Positions 39,391 to 51,292 of a stretch of 64,000 bases of DNA are shown in pieces (position 1 is the first letter of the stretch; the number at the start of each line of letters is the position of its first letter). The stretch is from Malacoraja senta (Eukaryota): positions 5,642,001 to 5,706,000 of the forward strand of contig CM075989.1 of the NCBI GenBank assembly GCA_038087875.1, in the 5' to 3' direction. Under the pieces are notes generated by a model that ran no database searches, had not been told where the DNA came from, and saw nothing but the letters and a program-made list of their open reading frames with translations. The position numbers and the translations under genes were made by a program.

Positions 39391-40248
39391 TCTCCCGGAG
39401 ATAAAGTCATTTTAAACAGAATAATGTAGAAACAACAAACTGAAAATGCTGGCTTACAAAAATGACACAAAGTGCTGGGGTTTCTCAGCGGGTCAGGCAG
39501 CATCTCTGGAGAACATGGATTGGTGACATTTTGGGTTGGAACACTTCAGAATAACCTCAGTAAATTAGAGAGAGACTGCAGAACAAAGAGGCTCGGCTCG
39601 ATTAAAAGACCATTTATCTGATGACAAATCAGATCTGCGGCCATGCGGACAGAATGTTACTTCAACAGAAAGTTGGCTTTCTGAAATATTATTGTAAGCG
39701 GTCAAACGGCTGGAAAACCCTAATGATAGTTTGATCAGCTGAGTGCAGCTTAAGTTTTCTCCAACTGATTGATAGATTGAAAGATCCAGCATGGAAACAG
39801 GCCTTTATGCCCACCGAGTCCACGACAACCATCGATCACCCGCTGACATTCGTTCTATGCTATCCCACTTTCTCATCCACTCCCTACACACTAGGGGAAA
39901 TTTACAGAGGGCCAATTAACCTACAAACCCGCACGTCTTTGGGATGTGGGAGGAAACGGGAGAGCCCGGAGGAAACCCACATGTTCACAGGGAGAATGTG
40001 CAAACTCCACACAGACAGCACCCGAGGTCAGGATTGATTCCGGGTCACTGGTGCTGTGAGGCAGCAGCTCTACCAACTGTGCCACTGTGGCGCCTTGTTT
40101 AGACTCAGTGGCTACGTTCAATTGCTAGTAGCTTTAAGGCAGACAGCCATGAAACTTAGAGGCCAACGATTTAATGCCCAGTCTCATCAGGTAATAATAT
40201 TGTCCATAACACAAGAATACAACTAAGCAGCAGCATCCTGCACTACTA

Positions 40249-40287
<39 letters not shown>

Positions 40288-40775
40288 GACAGAGACAGAC
40301 AGAGCGAGAGAGAGCTTAAACAGTGACCGAGGCTAATGAAATCAGTGAATGATTTATTTCCATGCACTGACAACTGGAATCAGGTTTTACTGTACCTTAA
40401 AAAACCGTATCGAGCTTGTTCTATGCTGTACATGTCCGTAATTCATGGTGACAAAACAATTGGAGAGAATTTTTTCTATGCAGAATGAAAGCCTTATTTA
40501 TTAGTAATCACAGTGTGTGTACCTGATGGGGAATAATTTTGCTGGCGTGTGGTATTGACAGCCGCGGCTATTCTAGCCAGGCTTGCATGTTGCCATCTGC
40601 ATGTCATAGTTCCTTTACCTCAGTCTGCTGTGTTCACTATCGTTACCAATAATTTACCGGCTTCCTGCTGTGGTTTGATCTGAAGGAGCTCCTCATGAAT
40701 GACGCTTAATGTCTTATTCATTGTTTGGAGTATAACAAACATAACCGTTATAAATCCCACTTTACAACAACCTCA

Positions 40776-41865
40776 TGGGCCTGTCCCACTTGCCGATTTT
40801 TATCGGCAACTGCCGGCGACTGTCATGGTCGTATCAAGTCGCCGAAAAAACGGCGACAACCTACGTCATCCTGGCGACAACCTACAACGGCACCTACGTC
40901 AGGAGAAGTCAAGCTACGCCCATTGGTGTCAAACCCGCTGTCGGCGAACATTTTTCAACATGTTGAAAATTTCGTGGCGACCAGAAGGACGCTACGACTT
41001 TTTGCGTGACTGAGGAGGCTACACCCGGCGATCATCGGCGAACATTTGGCGACAAGCCTGTAGTTGCCAACGTACAAAATTCTTATGGGGTTGGACAGGC
41101 TAGATGCAGGAAGATTGTTCCCGATGTTGGGGAAGTCCAGGACAAGGGGTCACAGCTTAAGGATAAGGGGGAAATCCTTTAAGACCGAGATGAGGAAAAA
41201 CTTTTTCACACAGAGAGTGGTGAATCTGTGGAACTCTCTGCCACAGAAGGTAGTTGAGGCCAGTTCATTGGCTATATATTTTTTATTTTATTTTTTTTAA
41301 TTTTTATTTATTAGAAGTACATTACATTACAACCACATACATTAGTACTCGTCATTTATATCTTCTTACAATTAATGTACTCCATTTATTTTTTACACTA
41401 GAAAAGGAAAAGATTGAAAGAAAGAAGAAAGTGAAGGAAAAAGTGAAAGTGTAGGAAATGTGACAACAAAAAAGGACGAAGACCCTATAAGAGCAAAATT
41501 AAAAACAAAAGAAAAAGAGTTAAGAAATAGACCCTAGGAGAGAAAGAGAAAGAGAAAGAGGAAAAAGAGAGAAACAAATATTTTTATGAGCATTACGTAA
41601 ATGGGACATACCAACTCTTCAACTATCATCCCCCCTTACCTGACTATATTGGCTATATTTAAGAGGGAGTTAGATGTGGCCCTTGTGGCTAAGGGGAACA
41701 GGAGGAATGGAGAGAAGGCAGGTACGGGATACTGAGTTGGATGATCAGCCATGATCATATTGAATGGCGGTGCAGGCTCGAAGGGCCGAATGGCCTACTC
41801 CTGCACCTATTTTCTATGTATCTATGTATCAATGCCTAAAAAATCACCTAAGTGGGACAGGCCCA
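40776..41865. mobile_element. Harbinger-type MITE containing nested CR1 and L1 fragments
   Basis: TGGGCCTGTCCCACTT...AAGTGGGACAGGCCCA; flanks TCA and TAA; CR1 at ~41069-41830. Confidence 0.82.
41278..41647 (-). mobile_element. L1 3'UTR-only insertion nested in CR1
   Basis: Close match to the 3'UTR of the 56857 L1; TSD ATTGGCTATAT at 41267-41277 and 41648-41658. Confidence 0.88.
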
Positions 41866-44312
41866 TAAAGCACCTTCCTGCACAGTCCCTGTTATAAGCT
41901 GGAAAAAGCACAACAGCCTTTTTGTACACAAAATATTCCCATAAGTAGTAGTGAGCTAAATTTTAAGATGACCTTTAAATATACTTTGCATTTATTATGT
42001 GCTAATGAACACTGTTAGCTTTAAATATTGCAGTAAATTCAATCTGCATCAAAAAATGCAATACAGTTGTTGGCAGTAATGCTTTCACTACTTGTCTGTT
42101 GTGGTTAGTTAGTGTTCGGAATGGACTAGAATTTGGTTGTATGGTCAGTGATCTAATGCAACCATTTGATGAAGCTGCTTGCAGCATTATACAAACCAGT
42201 ACTGCCCGCAGACTACTGCAGAAAGAAGCACTCTGAGCTTAAATCTGGTTTATTATTGTCACAAGGACTGAGGTACCGTGGAAACCTTTGCCTTGCGTGA
42301 TATCGGCTATCAAGTCAAACTCAAGGACAATAGAACACAAGAGAATAATGCAGCAATGGGCTCTCACCCATGTTTATGCTGTTTCCCACTGGGCAAAACG
42401 CCACGCATTCAACCGCAGATGCTAAACCAAGACAGACATAAAGTCAGGAAGGTCAAGTGTTCAGGAGAGATCAGGTTAAGAAGCGTCTTTGCTTGGAGGG
42501 GTGCTGTCTTGGCAAAGAGAATGGATTGTTTTAAAAATGAGTTGGGTTAAGGAATAGAGCGATCATGTAAGGCAGCCTATACATGAGACTCAAAGTGCAA
42601 AGGCTGCACGGTGGAAGGATATCGCCGTTATAGATATCATTTTACAGACTTCATTAGAGACCATTACATCAAAGGAATCAAACATCTACCACCTTGGATA
42701 GACATTGGCAATGGCAGGCAGAGTAGCTAATTCAGCACGCCAATGGGCTCTTCGGCCCACGATGCCGTTAAAATGATCCCATCTGCCTGTACATGATCCG
42801 AATCCCTCTATTCCCTGCCCCTCCATGTGCCCGTTTAAGAGCCTCATAAATGCCACTGTCGTGTCGGCCTCCACCACCACCCCTGGCAGCGCGTTCCAGG
42901 CGTCCACCACTCTCTGTGTAAAACAACTTGCCCCGCACGTCTCCAGTGAACTTTTCCCCTCTCAGCTTATGCCCTCTAGTGTTGGACATTTCCACCCTGG
43001 GAAAAAGGTTTTGACTGTCTACCTTATCTATGCCTCTCATCATGTTACATACTTGTATCAGGTCTCCCCTCAACCTCTGGCATTCCAGAGAAAACAAGCC
43101 AAGTCTGTCCAACCTCCCCCTGTAGTTGAAACCCTCTAATCCATAACTGCCATGATGAGCTGAAAAAATGTAAGACTCTATTCAAACTAAAAACACTCTT
43201 CAGAAACAAAAGATTGAATGGTTATGAGCTGGACCAGTGATTTTCTTTTCTGTTTGGTTATTTCTCGTTTGTGGACTGTTCAACAGATTTTGGGTCCATT
43301 TGTTCCCATTATTTTGTTTTTCCATGAAAATGTATAGAAAATAAGAGGGGGTAGGACCAGAAAAGTTTTTGAACTTCTTCTTACCCCTTTTGAACATGAA
43401 CGATATTATTTGTATTATTTGAGTTACTTATTTGTTTGTTTTCCTTTGTGTTTTATTTTATTTTTTATTGCTTATAAGTTTATTTGTGTTTGTATTTTTT
43501 AACATGTTCAGCAAAGAAACAAATTTAAAAAAAAATCCTAAAAAAAATAAATCCTGGCAGCATTCTGATAAACCACCCTCTCCAGAGTCTCCACATTCTT
43601 CCAATAATGGGGTGACCAGAACTACACGCAATAAAATTCAGCCTGACATAGTCCTATAGAGCTGCATCATGACTTCCTGACTAATACTCAATCTCCCTAG
43701 CAATGAAGGCAAGTATAAAATACACCTTCTTTACCACCATATCTACTTGTGCTGCCACCATCAGTGAGCTATGAACTTGGACTTCCAGATCCCTCTGAAG
43801 GTACAGAGGGGTGTATATAGAATGCAGAATATGGAGTCTTAGCTTGGCCATAGAGTCCTGGCTGTGGCACTGGGACGGAGTTACATGGGTTGTCCTGGCC
43901 AAGTGATGTGTCAATGTCATCCACCGCTGTTCCATTTCCAGAGACAAAGTCCAAAGTCCGCAATGGGATACAGGTGAATCAGACAATGCCCTATCTTGTG
44001 GAAGGACCATTCACAAGTCTGATAGCAAAGGGGAAGATAGGCACAAAATGCTGGAGTAACTCAGTGGGACAGGCAGCATCTCTGGAGAGACATCTCCAGA
44101 GGTGCTGCCTGTCCAGCGGTTACTCCAGTATTTTGTGTCTATCTCCGATTTAAACCAGCATCTGCAGTTCGTTCCTACACAGCAAAGGGGAATAAGCTGT
44201 TTCTGAGTCTGGTGGTGCATGCTTTCAAGCTTCTGTATTTAGGTATTAGAATTGAGAAGACAAAGGTTCATGAGCATGTTATGAAACACTGTACCTGCGA
44301 TTTCTCTTGCAG

Positions 44313-44517
44313 ATTCTCCTGTTTCATACGACTAGCATCAATGTGCCCCAAAACTTCACTCAGTGCTCCACTATTGGGAGTTTCAAAGAACACTGGCAAG
44401 AGACCTCCTACAACATGTTTACGTTTGTTTTCCTGTTTCTCATGCCTTTGATGATCATGATATTGTGCTACACACGAATCCTGATGGAGATATCAAAGAG
44501 GATGGCCAAGGGAAACT
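44313..44517 (+). CDS. gnrhr: GnRH receptor coding exon 2 (ECL2, TM5, start of ICL3)
   Basis: Acceptor tttctcttgcAG precedes ILLFHT...FTQCSTIGSF...WQETSYNMFTFVFLFLMPLMIMILCYTRI. The exon is 205 nt and ends at donor T|GTAAGT (phase 1). Confidence 0.95.
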
Positions 44518-44750
44518 GTAAGTTAAAATCTCATTATCATTAGTGCCTTTGTTTTCCCAGCACCATCAGTGATCACATCATGACATTCTCAGACTATGCG
44601 ATCTGTGGAACTGTATCACTTCCTCAGTTTTCCCTTCCTGACGTTTCAATTGTACTTTCAACTTTCCAGATTAATTAATTAACCCACTCCCAATATATGT
44701 GAACCTTAATGGCATTAAGGCCGGCACTGTGGCGCAGAGTTGCTGCCTAA

Positions 44751-45056
44751 AGGGCCTGAGCCACTGTACGAGGTAATTCAAGAGTTCTCCCGAGTTTCCC
44801 CTGATTCGAACGTGGAGAATTACGGCAATAGCCGTTCGTAAGTACTCGGGGCTCTCGTGGACATTTTTCACAGTGCTGAAAAGACTTCACGAGTTACCCC
44901 GTTTCTCGAGTACCTGCCGTTAGCATTACGAGCCGCTACGACACGTCCACGAGCTCTGACGTAGCCGCTACGTACATTCAACATACTTACCACGAGTTTG
45001 ATTTTTTTTAAACTCGGGAGAGCTCTTGAATTACCTCGTACAGTGGGACAGGGCCT
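44751..45056. mobile_element. Harbinger-type MITE in a SINE (gnrhr intron after coding exon 2)
   Basis: Same subfamily as the 31642 copy in opposite orientation; flanks TAA and TTA. Confidence 0.85.
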
Positions 45057-45559
45057 TTACAGCGCCAGAGGCCCGGGTTCGATCCCAACTATGGGTGCTG
45101 TATAACAGAGCTTGTCCATTCTCCCTGTCACCGTGTGGGTTTTCTCCAGATGTACCGGTTTTCTCCCACACTCCAAAGATGTACAGGTTTGTAGGTTAAT
45201 TTGGCTTCTTTAAGTTGCAAATTGTCCCTCGTCCCTTGACCCTAGTAGGACGGCGTTGGTGTACGGTGATCGCTGGTTGGCACGGACTCCGTGGGCCGAA
45301 GGGCCTGCTTCTGCGCTGTATCACTAAACTAAACTAAACTAAACTAAATTAAATTAAATAAACTAAACATACAATAATGAAACACTCCTTGCATGTATTA
45401 TTTTCAAATACTTTGATATCATTGAGTCAAAGTGTCATATAGCACGAAAACAGGCCCTTTGGCCCAACTCATCCATGCTGACCACGATGCCCCATCTAAG
45501 CTGGTCTCATTTACCCGGGTTTGGCCCATATCCCTCTAATCCCTCCTCATCCATGTATC

Positions 45560-45925
45560 TAATAATAATAATAATAATAATAACTTTATTTATAAAGCAC
45601 TTTAAACAACCACAGTTGCCACAAAGTGCTGTACATGAGAAATCATGAACAAAAAGCTATTACAAACAATTAAAAACCATTAAAAACCGTAAAACGAAGG
45701 ACTATAAAAAACACACTAAAAATTAAAAGACATTAAAAGCACTAAAAACAGGGGCAATGCCTCAGCCAGTGTCGAAAGCCAAAAAATAAAAATATGTTTT
45801 TAGGGAGGATTTGAAGATGGACAGTGAGGGGGCCTGTCTGATGTGCAGCGGCAAGGTGTTCCAGAGTGCCGGAGCAGCAACAGAAAAAGCTCTATCCCCT
45901 CTGAGCTTCCGCTTAGACCTTGGTA
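45560..45925 (-). mobile_element. L2-clade LINE extreme 3' end
   Basis: (TAT)n tail and a 3' end similar to the 38270 element. Confidence 0.75.
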
Positions 45926-47015
45926 ACATGTCTTTTAAATGTTGTTACTGAACCTGCCTCAACTACATTCTCTGGCAGCTAGTTCCATAAACCCACCACC
46001 CTCTGAGAAACTGAAGAAGGGTCTCGACCCGAAACATCACCCATTCCTCCTCTCCAGAGACGCTGGAGTTACTCCAGCATTTTGTGTCTACCATTTGAGA
46101 AACTATATACTACACTCTGGTATTGTTCTCTTTCCCACCTTTTATACCTTTAGTACTTGTAATTATATTCATGCAGAGTGATACCTGATTTGCTTGAATA
46201 GCACTCAAGCCAAAGCTTCTTACACATAACAATAATAAACTAGGCCTAAGCCTCAAAGGTTGCCCCTTAGGTTTCATTGAAAACTTTCCCCTCTCACATT
46301 AAACCTAAGCCCTCCAGTTCTTGATTCCTAAAACACTGTACATTCACCCAATCTATTCCCCTCATGATTTTATACACCCTTGGAGTGGTGTGTTAGGACG
46401 TTCACCCTTACTGACCGAGAAGAATTTGGTCGCATTTACCAGACACAAGGAATGTCAGGTGCTGGTTTACAAAAAAAAACACCCAAAGTGCTGGAGTAAC
46501 TCAGCAGGGCCAGGCAGCATCTCTGGAGAACATGGATAGGTCACCTGAAATGTCATCTATCCATGCTACCCAGAGATGTTGCCTGTTCCATTGAGTTATT
46601 CCAGCACTTTGTGTCACTTTTATTGACAGCGCCATTGAGATGGTCAGTTAAATATAATTGACTCGTGTCTCTCTCGAGGCAGAACGGGAACATGAAACAA
46701 ATTGGTATTTAGGCACTAAAGTGTTTGTGGCAGTTGTTTGAGGATAGGACTGACTACACTCAGATTCATTTCAGAATGTCAAGTCATTGTCTTGACTTCT
46801 ATAGTCATCAATATCACGTCAACAACATTCATTGACTAAGCTCACAAACAAGCGTTTACTGATGGAGTGATCTATTGTTTATCGATCTTGCACGACAAAG
46901 AGAAAGCGAGAAAAGATAAATTACAGTAAGAATGTCGTCAGAATGAAAATTATTTTTAAAAATCTATATCCTGATGAAAATGGGAGATTGGTTTGTTTTT
47001 GTGTTTTCATTTCAG

Positions 47016-47506
47016 TATTGTCGAAGGAAGTGCATTTAAGACGATCAAAGAACAACATACCCAAGGCTCGACTGAGGACCCTAAAGATGAGCATTATCAT
47101 TGTGACATCCTTCATTGTTTGCTGGACTCCCTACTACCTCCTGGGACTCTGGTACTGGTTCTCCCCAGAGATGCTGTCTGAGGAAAGGATCTCGCCTGCA
47201 TTAAGTCAGATCCTCTTCATCTTTGGTCTCTTCAACACCGTCTTGGATCCCATCACCTATGGGCTTTTTACCATCCATTTCAGGAAGAGTCTCCAGTGCT
47301 GCTGCCACTCGGACAAGACCGCGTCCAACTTAGATCTCAACACTACGCAGACGGGCTCCTTCAGGTGCTCGGGGTCGTCTTTTCGCCTCAAAAAGTTAAT
47401 TGCGCTTGGTCAAGAGGGTCAAAGGTCAATCGCGGAGAACGAGTCCCACAGCAACAGCAGCTATTGCAAGAACGGTTATCTTGACGCACCAGGAGGTTGC
47501 CAGTGA
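47016..47506 (+). CDS. gnrhr: GnRH receptor coding exon 3 (ICL3, TM6, TM7, cytoplasmic tail, stop)
   Basis: Acceptor ttttcatttcAG, with phase matching exon 2 (T+TA=Leu). Contains LRRSKNNIPKARLRTLKMS, CWTPYYLLGLWYWF and DPITY, then a tail with CCC and Ser/Thr clusters, ending at TGA 47504-47506. Confidence 0.95.
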
Positions 47507-48787
47507 AAGCACTAACACACGGTGCAGAAGCCTGATCCTCCTGTAGTCCTGAAACACAAAGTACAGAAGACTGATGTGTCCTTGCGTAGTCTTGTATTAG
47601 GGAGCAGGCCGGTCTAACTGCAAGTAACAGCTTGGTTGGTGTGTGCATGATTTGATTTTGCCAACTCTACCCATGGTCGAACGTTGCTGTCTTTCCCACT
47701 TTGGTGACTGCCTTTCTTGCCCTTGTGAGTTACAACAAAGGCACCATTCTGCCCGTCCACTCCATCCTATCCCCTGTGTAAGGGCAATCAAGCCTCCCTC
47801 CACGGCCCTGGTGATGCAACCCCTTCTTCGCTCCTCCATCAAAGTAAATTGGTCTGAAAATACTGGTCTTGAACCAAGAGGATCCTTCTCATCAGAAGTG
47901 AAGCCATGTAATGTTCAGACACAAAGGTATTTATAAACTGTGTTCTCATCTCTGTGAGAAGCACCTTTAAATATTTCAACTCTTCAAATAGTTTGGGAAC
48001 GTGAAAGCTTTCAGAAACTCTGATGTCGTGTTACTTATTTTGAAAATCGGAAAAGTGATCATCTCCTCCAATAACCGACTAGCCTGTCAAACTGGCTGGA
48101 GAGACACCACAGGAAGAGTCAAATGCAAGTGGACCTCGCAGTGTCTGGGCCGGCTGCAAGACGTCCTTCCTCCTGCTCCATCAATATCAAAGCTCATTCC
48201 ATCAACTTCATGCAGTTGCATCTCTTTAGAGCACTTTGCGTAAAGTCTGAAGAAGGGTCCCAACCCGGAACGTCACCAGTCTGAAGAAGCGGTCTAACCA
48301 AAATCGTCACCTATCCATGTTCTCCAGGAATGCTGCCTGACCCGCTGTGTCACGCCAGCGCATAGTGTCTCGCTTTATAATGTAAAATCAATGTGGATAA
48401 TCAATGCTTTAAGACAAGGGTCTGAAGAAGGGTCTCGACCCAAAACGCCACCCATTCCTTCTCTCCAGGGATGCTGCCTGGCCCGCTGAGTTACTCCAGC
48501 ATTTTGTGTCAATCAATGCTTTTCAACAATCTGCAACTTGTAAATGTTCATCGTTAATCTGCTTCGGCCCGTCTCCATTTGACATCCAAATCACAGCTGG
48601 AAAATCCTTCCAAGCCCAGACCAACACATTCAGAATACAAAGTGTAGATTTAATATAAATTCTATTTTTTAATGGAGATTACTTTTGTCATGAAACCCTT
48701 TCTCCTTCAGTCAACTGTGATGGGTTTACCACTGCTTTGTGAACGAGTGATGATTATTTTCTCAATACATCGACAGGATTCTTATTT

Positions 48788-48904
48788 AATAAAATGATGC
48801 CTATCGATGTTAATAATTGTGTACATTGTACTTTATCCAGAGTTACCCGGTCCAATCTAAACTGACTTTACCAATTACAGTACTTGTTTGTCTCAACAAA
48901 TAAA
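48788..48904 (+). promoter_or_regulatory. Candidate gnrhr polyadenylation signals
   Basis: AATAAA at 48788-48793 and 48899-48904 in AT-rich unique sequence 1.3-1.4 kb after the stop codon; the second is followed by GT-rich sequence. Confidence 0.45.
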
Positions 48905-49074
48905 TACACTGCCATGTGCGGTTGATACTGCCTGATGTGGTTTATCTTGAGCTCGTAGAAGAGTATATATAGCTTGTAATAATTGATCTCAGGGCATCTG
49001 GATTAGAAAAGGGTAAATTTAACTTAATCTGGTGCTAATCACCAAATGGCAACAAAACAAGTAATTTATCCTTA

Positions 49075-49233
49075 AGGGCCTGTCCCACTTGGCCGTCATT
49101 TGCGCGTCACGCAGTTGGCGCGCCACTGCCTATGTCATCGCGCACCATGCGTTCATCACGTGTGTGTCACGACGCACGCTTAAATGACGTCGCGTAAATT
49201 ACGCGCAAATGACGGCCAAGTGGGACAGGCCCT
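49075..49233. mobile_element. Harbinger-type MITE, 159 bp
   Basis: Perfect 33 bp TIR AGGGCCTGTCCCACTTGGCCGTCATTTGCGCGT; TTA TSD on both sides. Confidence 0.92.
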
Positions 49234-49263
49234 TTACTTTCCCAATTTCATTCAGACCTAAGA

Positions 49264-49297
49264 GTCTGAAGAAGGGTCTCGACCCGAAACGTCACCC
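49264..49297 (+). ncRNA. Minimal type I hammerhead ribozyme motif (PLE pLTR-derived), intact core
   Basis: GU-CUGAAGA-A-GGGU(CUCG)ACCC-GAAAC-GUC^AC: intact catalytic boxes, stem II, a palindromic ACGU stem III, and a GUC triplet ending at 49293. Confidence 0.7.
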
Positions 49298-49635
49298 TTT
49301 CCTTCTCTCCAGAGATGCTGCCTGTCCAGCATTTTGTGCCTGACGTCTCTCAGTCCTTATTAACAGTGCTTCATCCTCAAATCTAACTTTCCCTAACTGA
49401 TCCACACTTTTCATAACTTCATGTTCAGCAGTTATAGGAGCAGAGTTAGGCCGTTCTGCCAACCAAGTCTACCCTGCTATTCAATCACGGGTGATCTATC
49501 TTTCCCTCTCACCCCCATTCTCCTGCCTTCTCCCCAATACTAATTAGGAATCTGTCAAACTACGCCTTAACATCCATTATCTTGGCAATCACAGTCTTCT
49601 GTTGCAAAGAATTCCATGGAATCGCCACCCTATTT

Positions 49636-49935
49636 GGGCAGCACGGTGGCGCAGGGGTAGAGTTGCTGCCTTACAGCGCCAGAGACCCAGCTTAGATCTT
49701 GACCACGGGTGCTGTCTGTACGGAGTGTGTACGTCCTCCCCGTGACCTGTTTGGGTTTTCTCCAGGTGCTCCGGTTTCCTCCCACACTCCAAAGACATAC
49801 ACATTTGTAGGTTAATTGGCTTGGTATAATTATAAATTATTCCTAGTGTGCATAGGATAGTATTAGTGTGCAGGGATCGGAATCGGTGGACCGAAGGGCC
49901 TCTTTCTGCGCTGTATCTCCAAACTAAACCAAACT
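49636..49935 (+). mobile_element. V-domain tRNA SINE
   Basis: Same family. Confidence 0.85.
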
Positions 49936-50279
49936 ATTGGTGTCAACTATTTCCTGCATTATTTCATTCTACATTTTCATATTCTTTGTCAAGAACCTCT
50001 ACTTAAACCCCTGTTAGATTTTTCAGCAATGCTCACGTTTAAGATACTTGTCACGGGGACAGATACAATATCAGCACATATTGAGGAGCTTAGTGAATGT
50101 GCTTTGCCTGGATATTGGTCTAATGGGAATGCTGAAGTTTGCTACATGACCTGTCACTTCACTGAGACTGGCAGCAAATTTGGTCTCTACACAAATATAC
50201 ATGAATGCAGAAATAAATCCCTGGAGTTGCCATCAATCATTCGACGCTCTGCTGCAATGCTGAAGTCTCCATTTGTTTC

Positions 50280-50582
50280 GTTTAGTTTAGTTTAGAGATA
50301 CAGCGTGTAAACAGGCCTTTCGGCCCACCCTCTGCACCGACCAGCGAACCCTGCACATTAACACTAGCCTACGGAGACCAGAGACAATTTACATTTTATA
50401 CCGTACCAACTGACCTACAAACCTGCGCGTCTTTGGAGTGTGGGAGGAAGATCTCGGGGAAAACCCACACAGGTCACGGGGAGAAGGTACAAACTCCGCA
50501 CAGACAAGCACCCGTAGTCGGGATCGAACCCGGGTCTCTGGCGCTGTACGGCAGCCACTCTCCCGCCACGCCACCGTGCCGC
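50280..50582 (-). mobile_element. V-domain tRNA SINE
   Basis: Same family, minus strand. Confidence 0.85.
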
Positions 50583-51026
50583 CAAAAGAGGGCGCCATCT
50601 CTGTGAAATGGATTGCCACAGAAGGGGTGTGGTGGCCAAGACAATGGATGTTTTTAAGGCGTAGATTGACAGATTCTTGATTAGTCGACTGTTGCACCAC
50701 CATGCTGCCCAGTGTGATGTGATGTGAAACGAACAGCGTTCAGTCAGACAAATCTGGAGTTGGGCAAACTTCCCTTTGAAGAGGTTTGAAGAGCCTTAAA
50801 CTGTTGGATCAGGGAAAGATCCTCATGGGAGACCTGGATAGAGTGGATGTGGAAAGGATGTTTCCACTCGTGGGAGAGTCTCGGACCTGAGGGCATAGCC
50901 TCAGAATAAAAGGACGTGCCTTTAAAAAGGAGAAGTGGAGGAATTTCTTTAGTCAAAGGGTAGTGAATCTATGGAATTCATTGCCACAAACGACTGTGGA
51001 GGCCAAGTCAATAGATATTTCTAGGA

Positions 51027-51153
51027 GGTCCACAAAAATGCTGGAGAAACTCAGCGGGTGCAGCAGCATCTAGATGCTGCTGCACCCGCTGAGTTTCTCC
51101 AGCATTTTTGTGTACCTTCGATTTTCCAGCATCTGCAGTTCCTTCTTAAACAC
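51027..51153. mobile_element. Fold-back PLE pLTR-derived mini-element inserted in a CR1 3' fragment
   Basis: Palindrome centred on GCATCTAGATGC; direct repeat AGATATTTCTAGGA at 51013-51026 and 51154-51167. Confidence 0.8.
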
Positions 51154-51292
51154 AGATATTTCTAGGATGCAGGTTGACTGATTCTTGATTAGTCCGGGTG
51201 TCAGGGGTTATGGAGAGAAGGCAGGAGAATGGGGAGTTCATTGCCACAGACGGCTGTCGAGGCCCAGTGAATGGAGGAGATTAACAGATGAA

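Noticed and set aside
44748..45059. Spy-type insertion without TSD (AAA|element|TTT)
   Set aside because: The host SINE reads GCC-TYA-CAGC rather than AAATTT at this site, and sibling copies have 3 bp TWA duplications.
46943..47015. N-terminal part of the 187 aa ORF (MKIIFKNL...)
   Set aside because: Intronic; GnRHR homology starts only after the acceptor at 47015.
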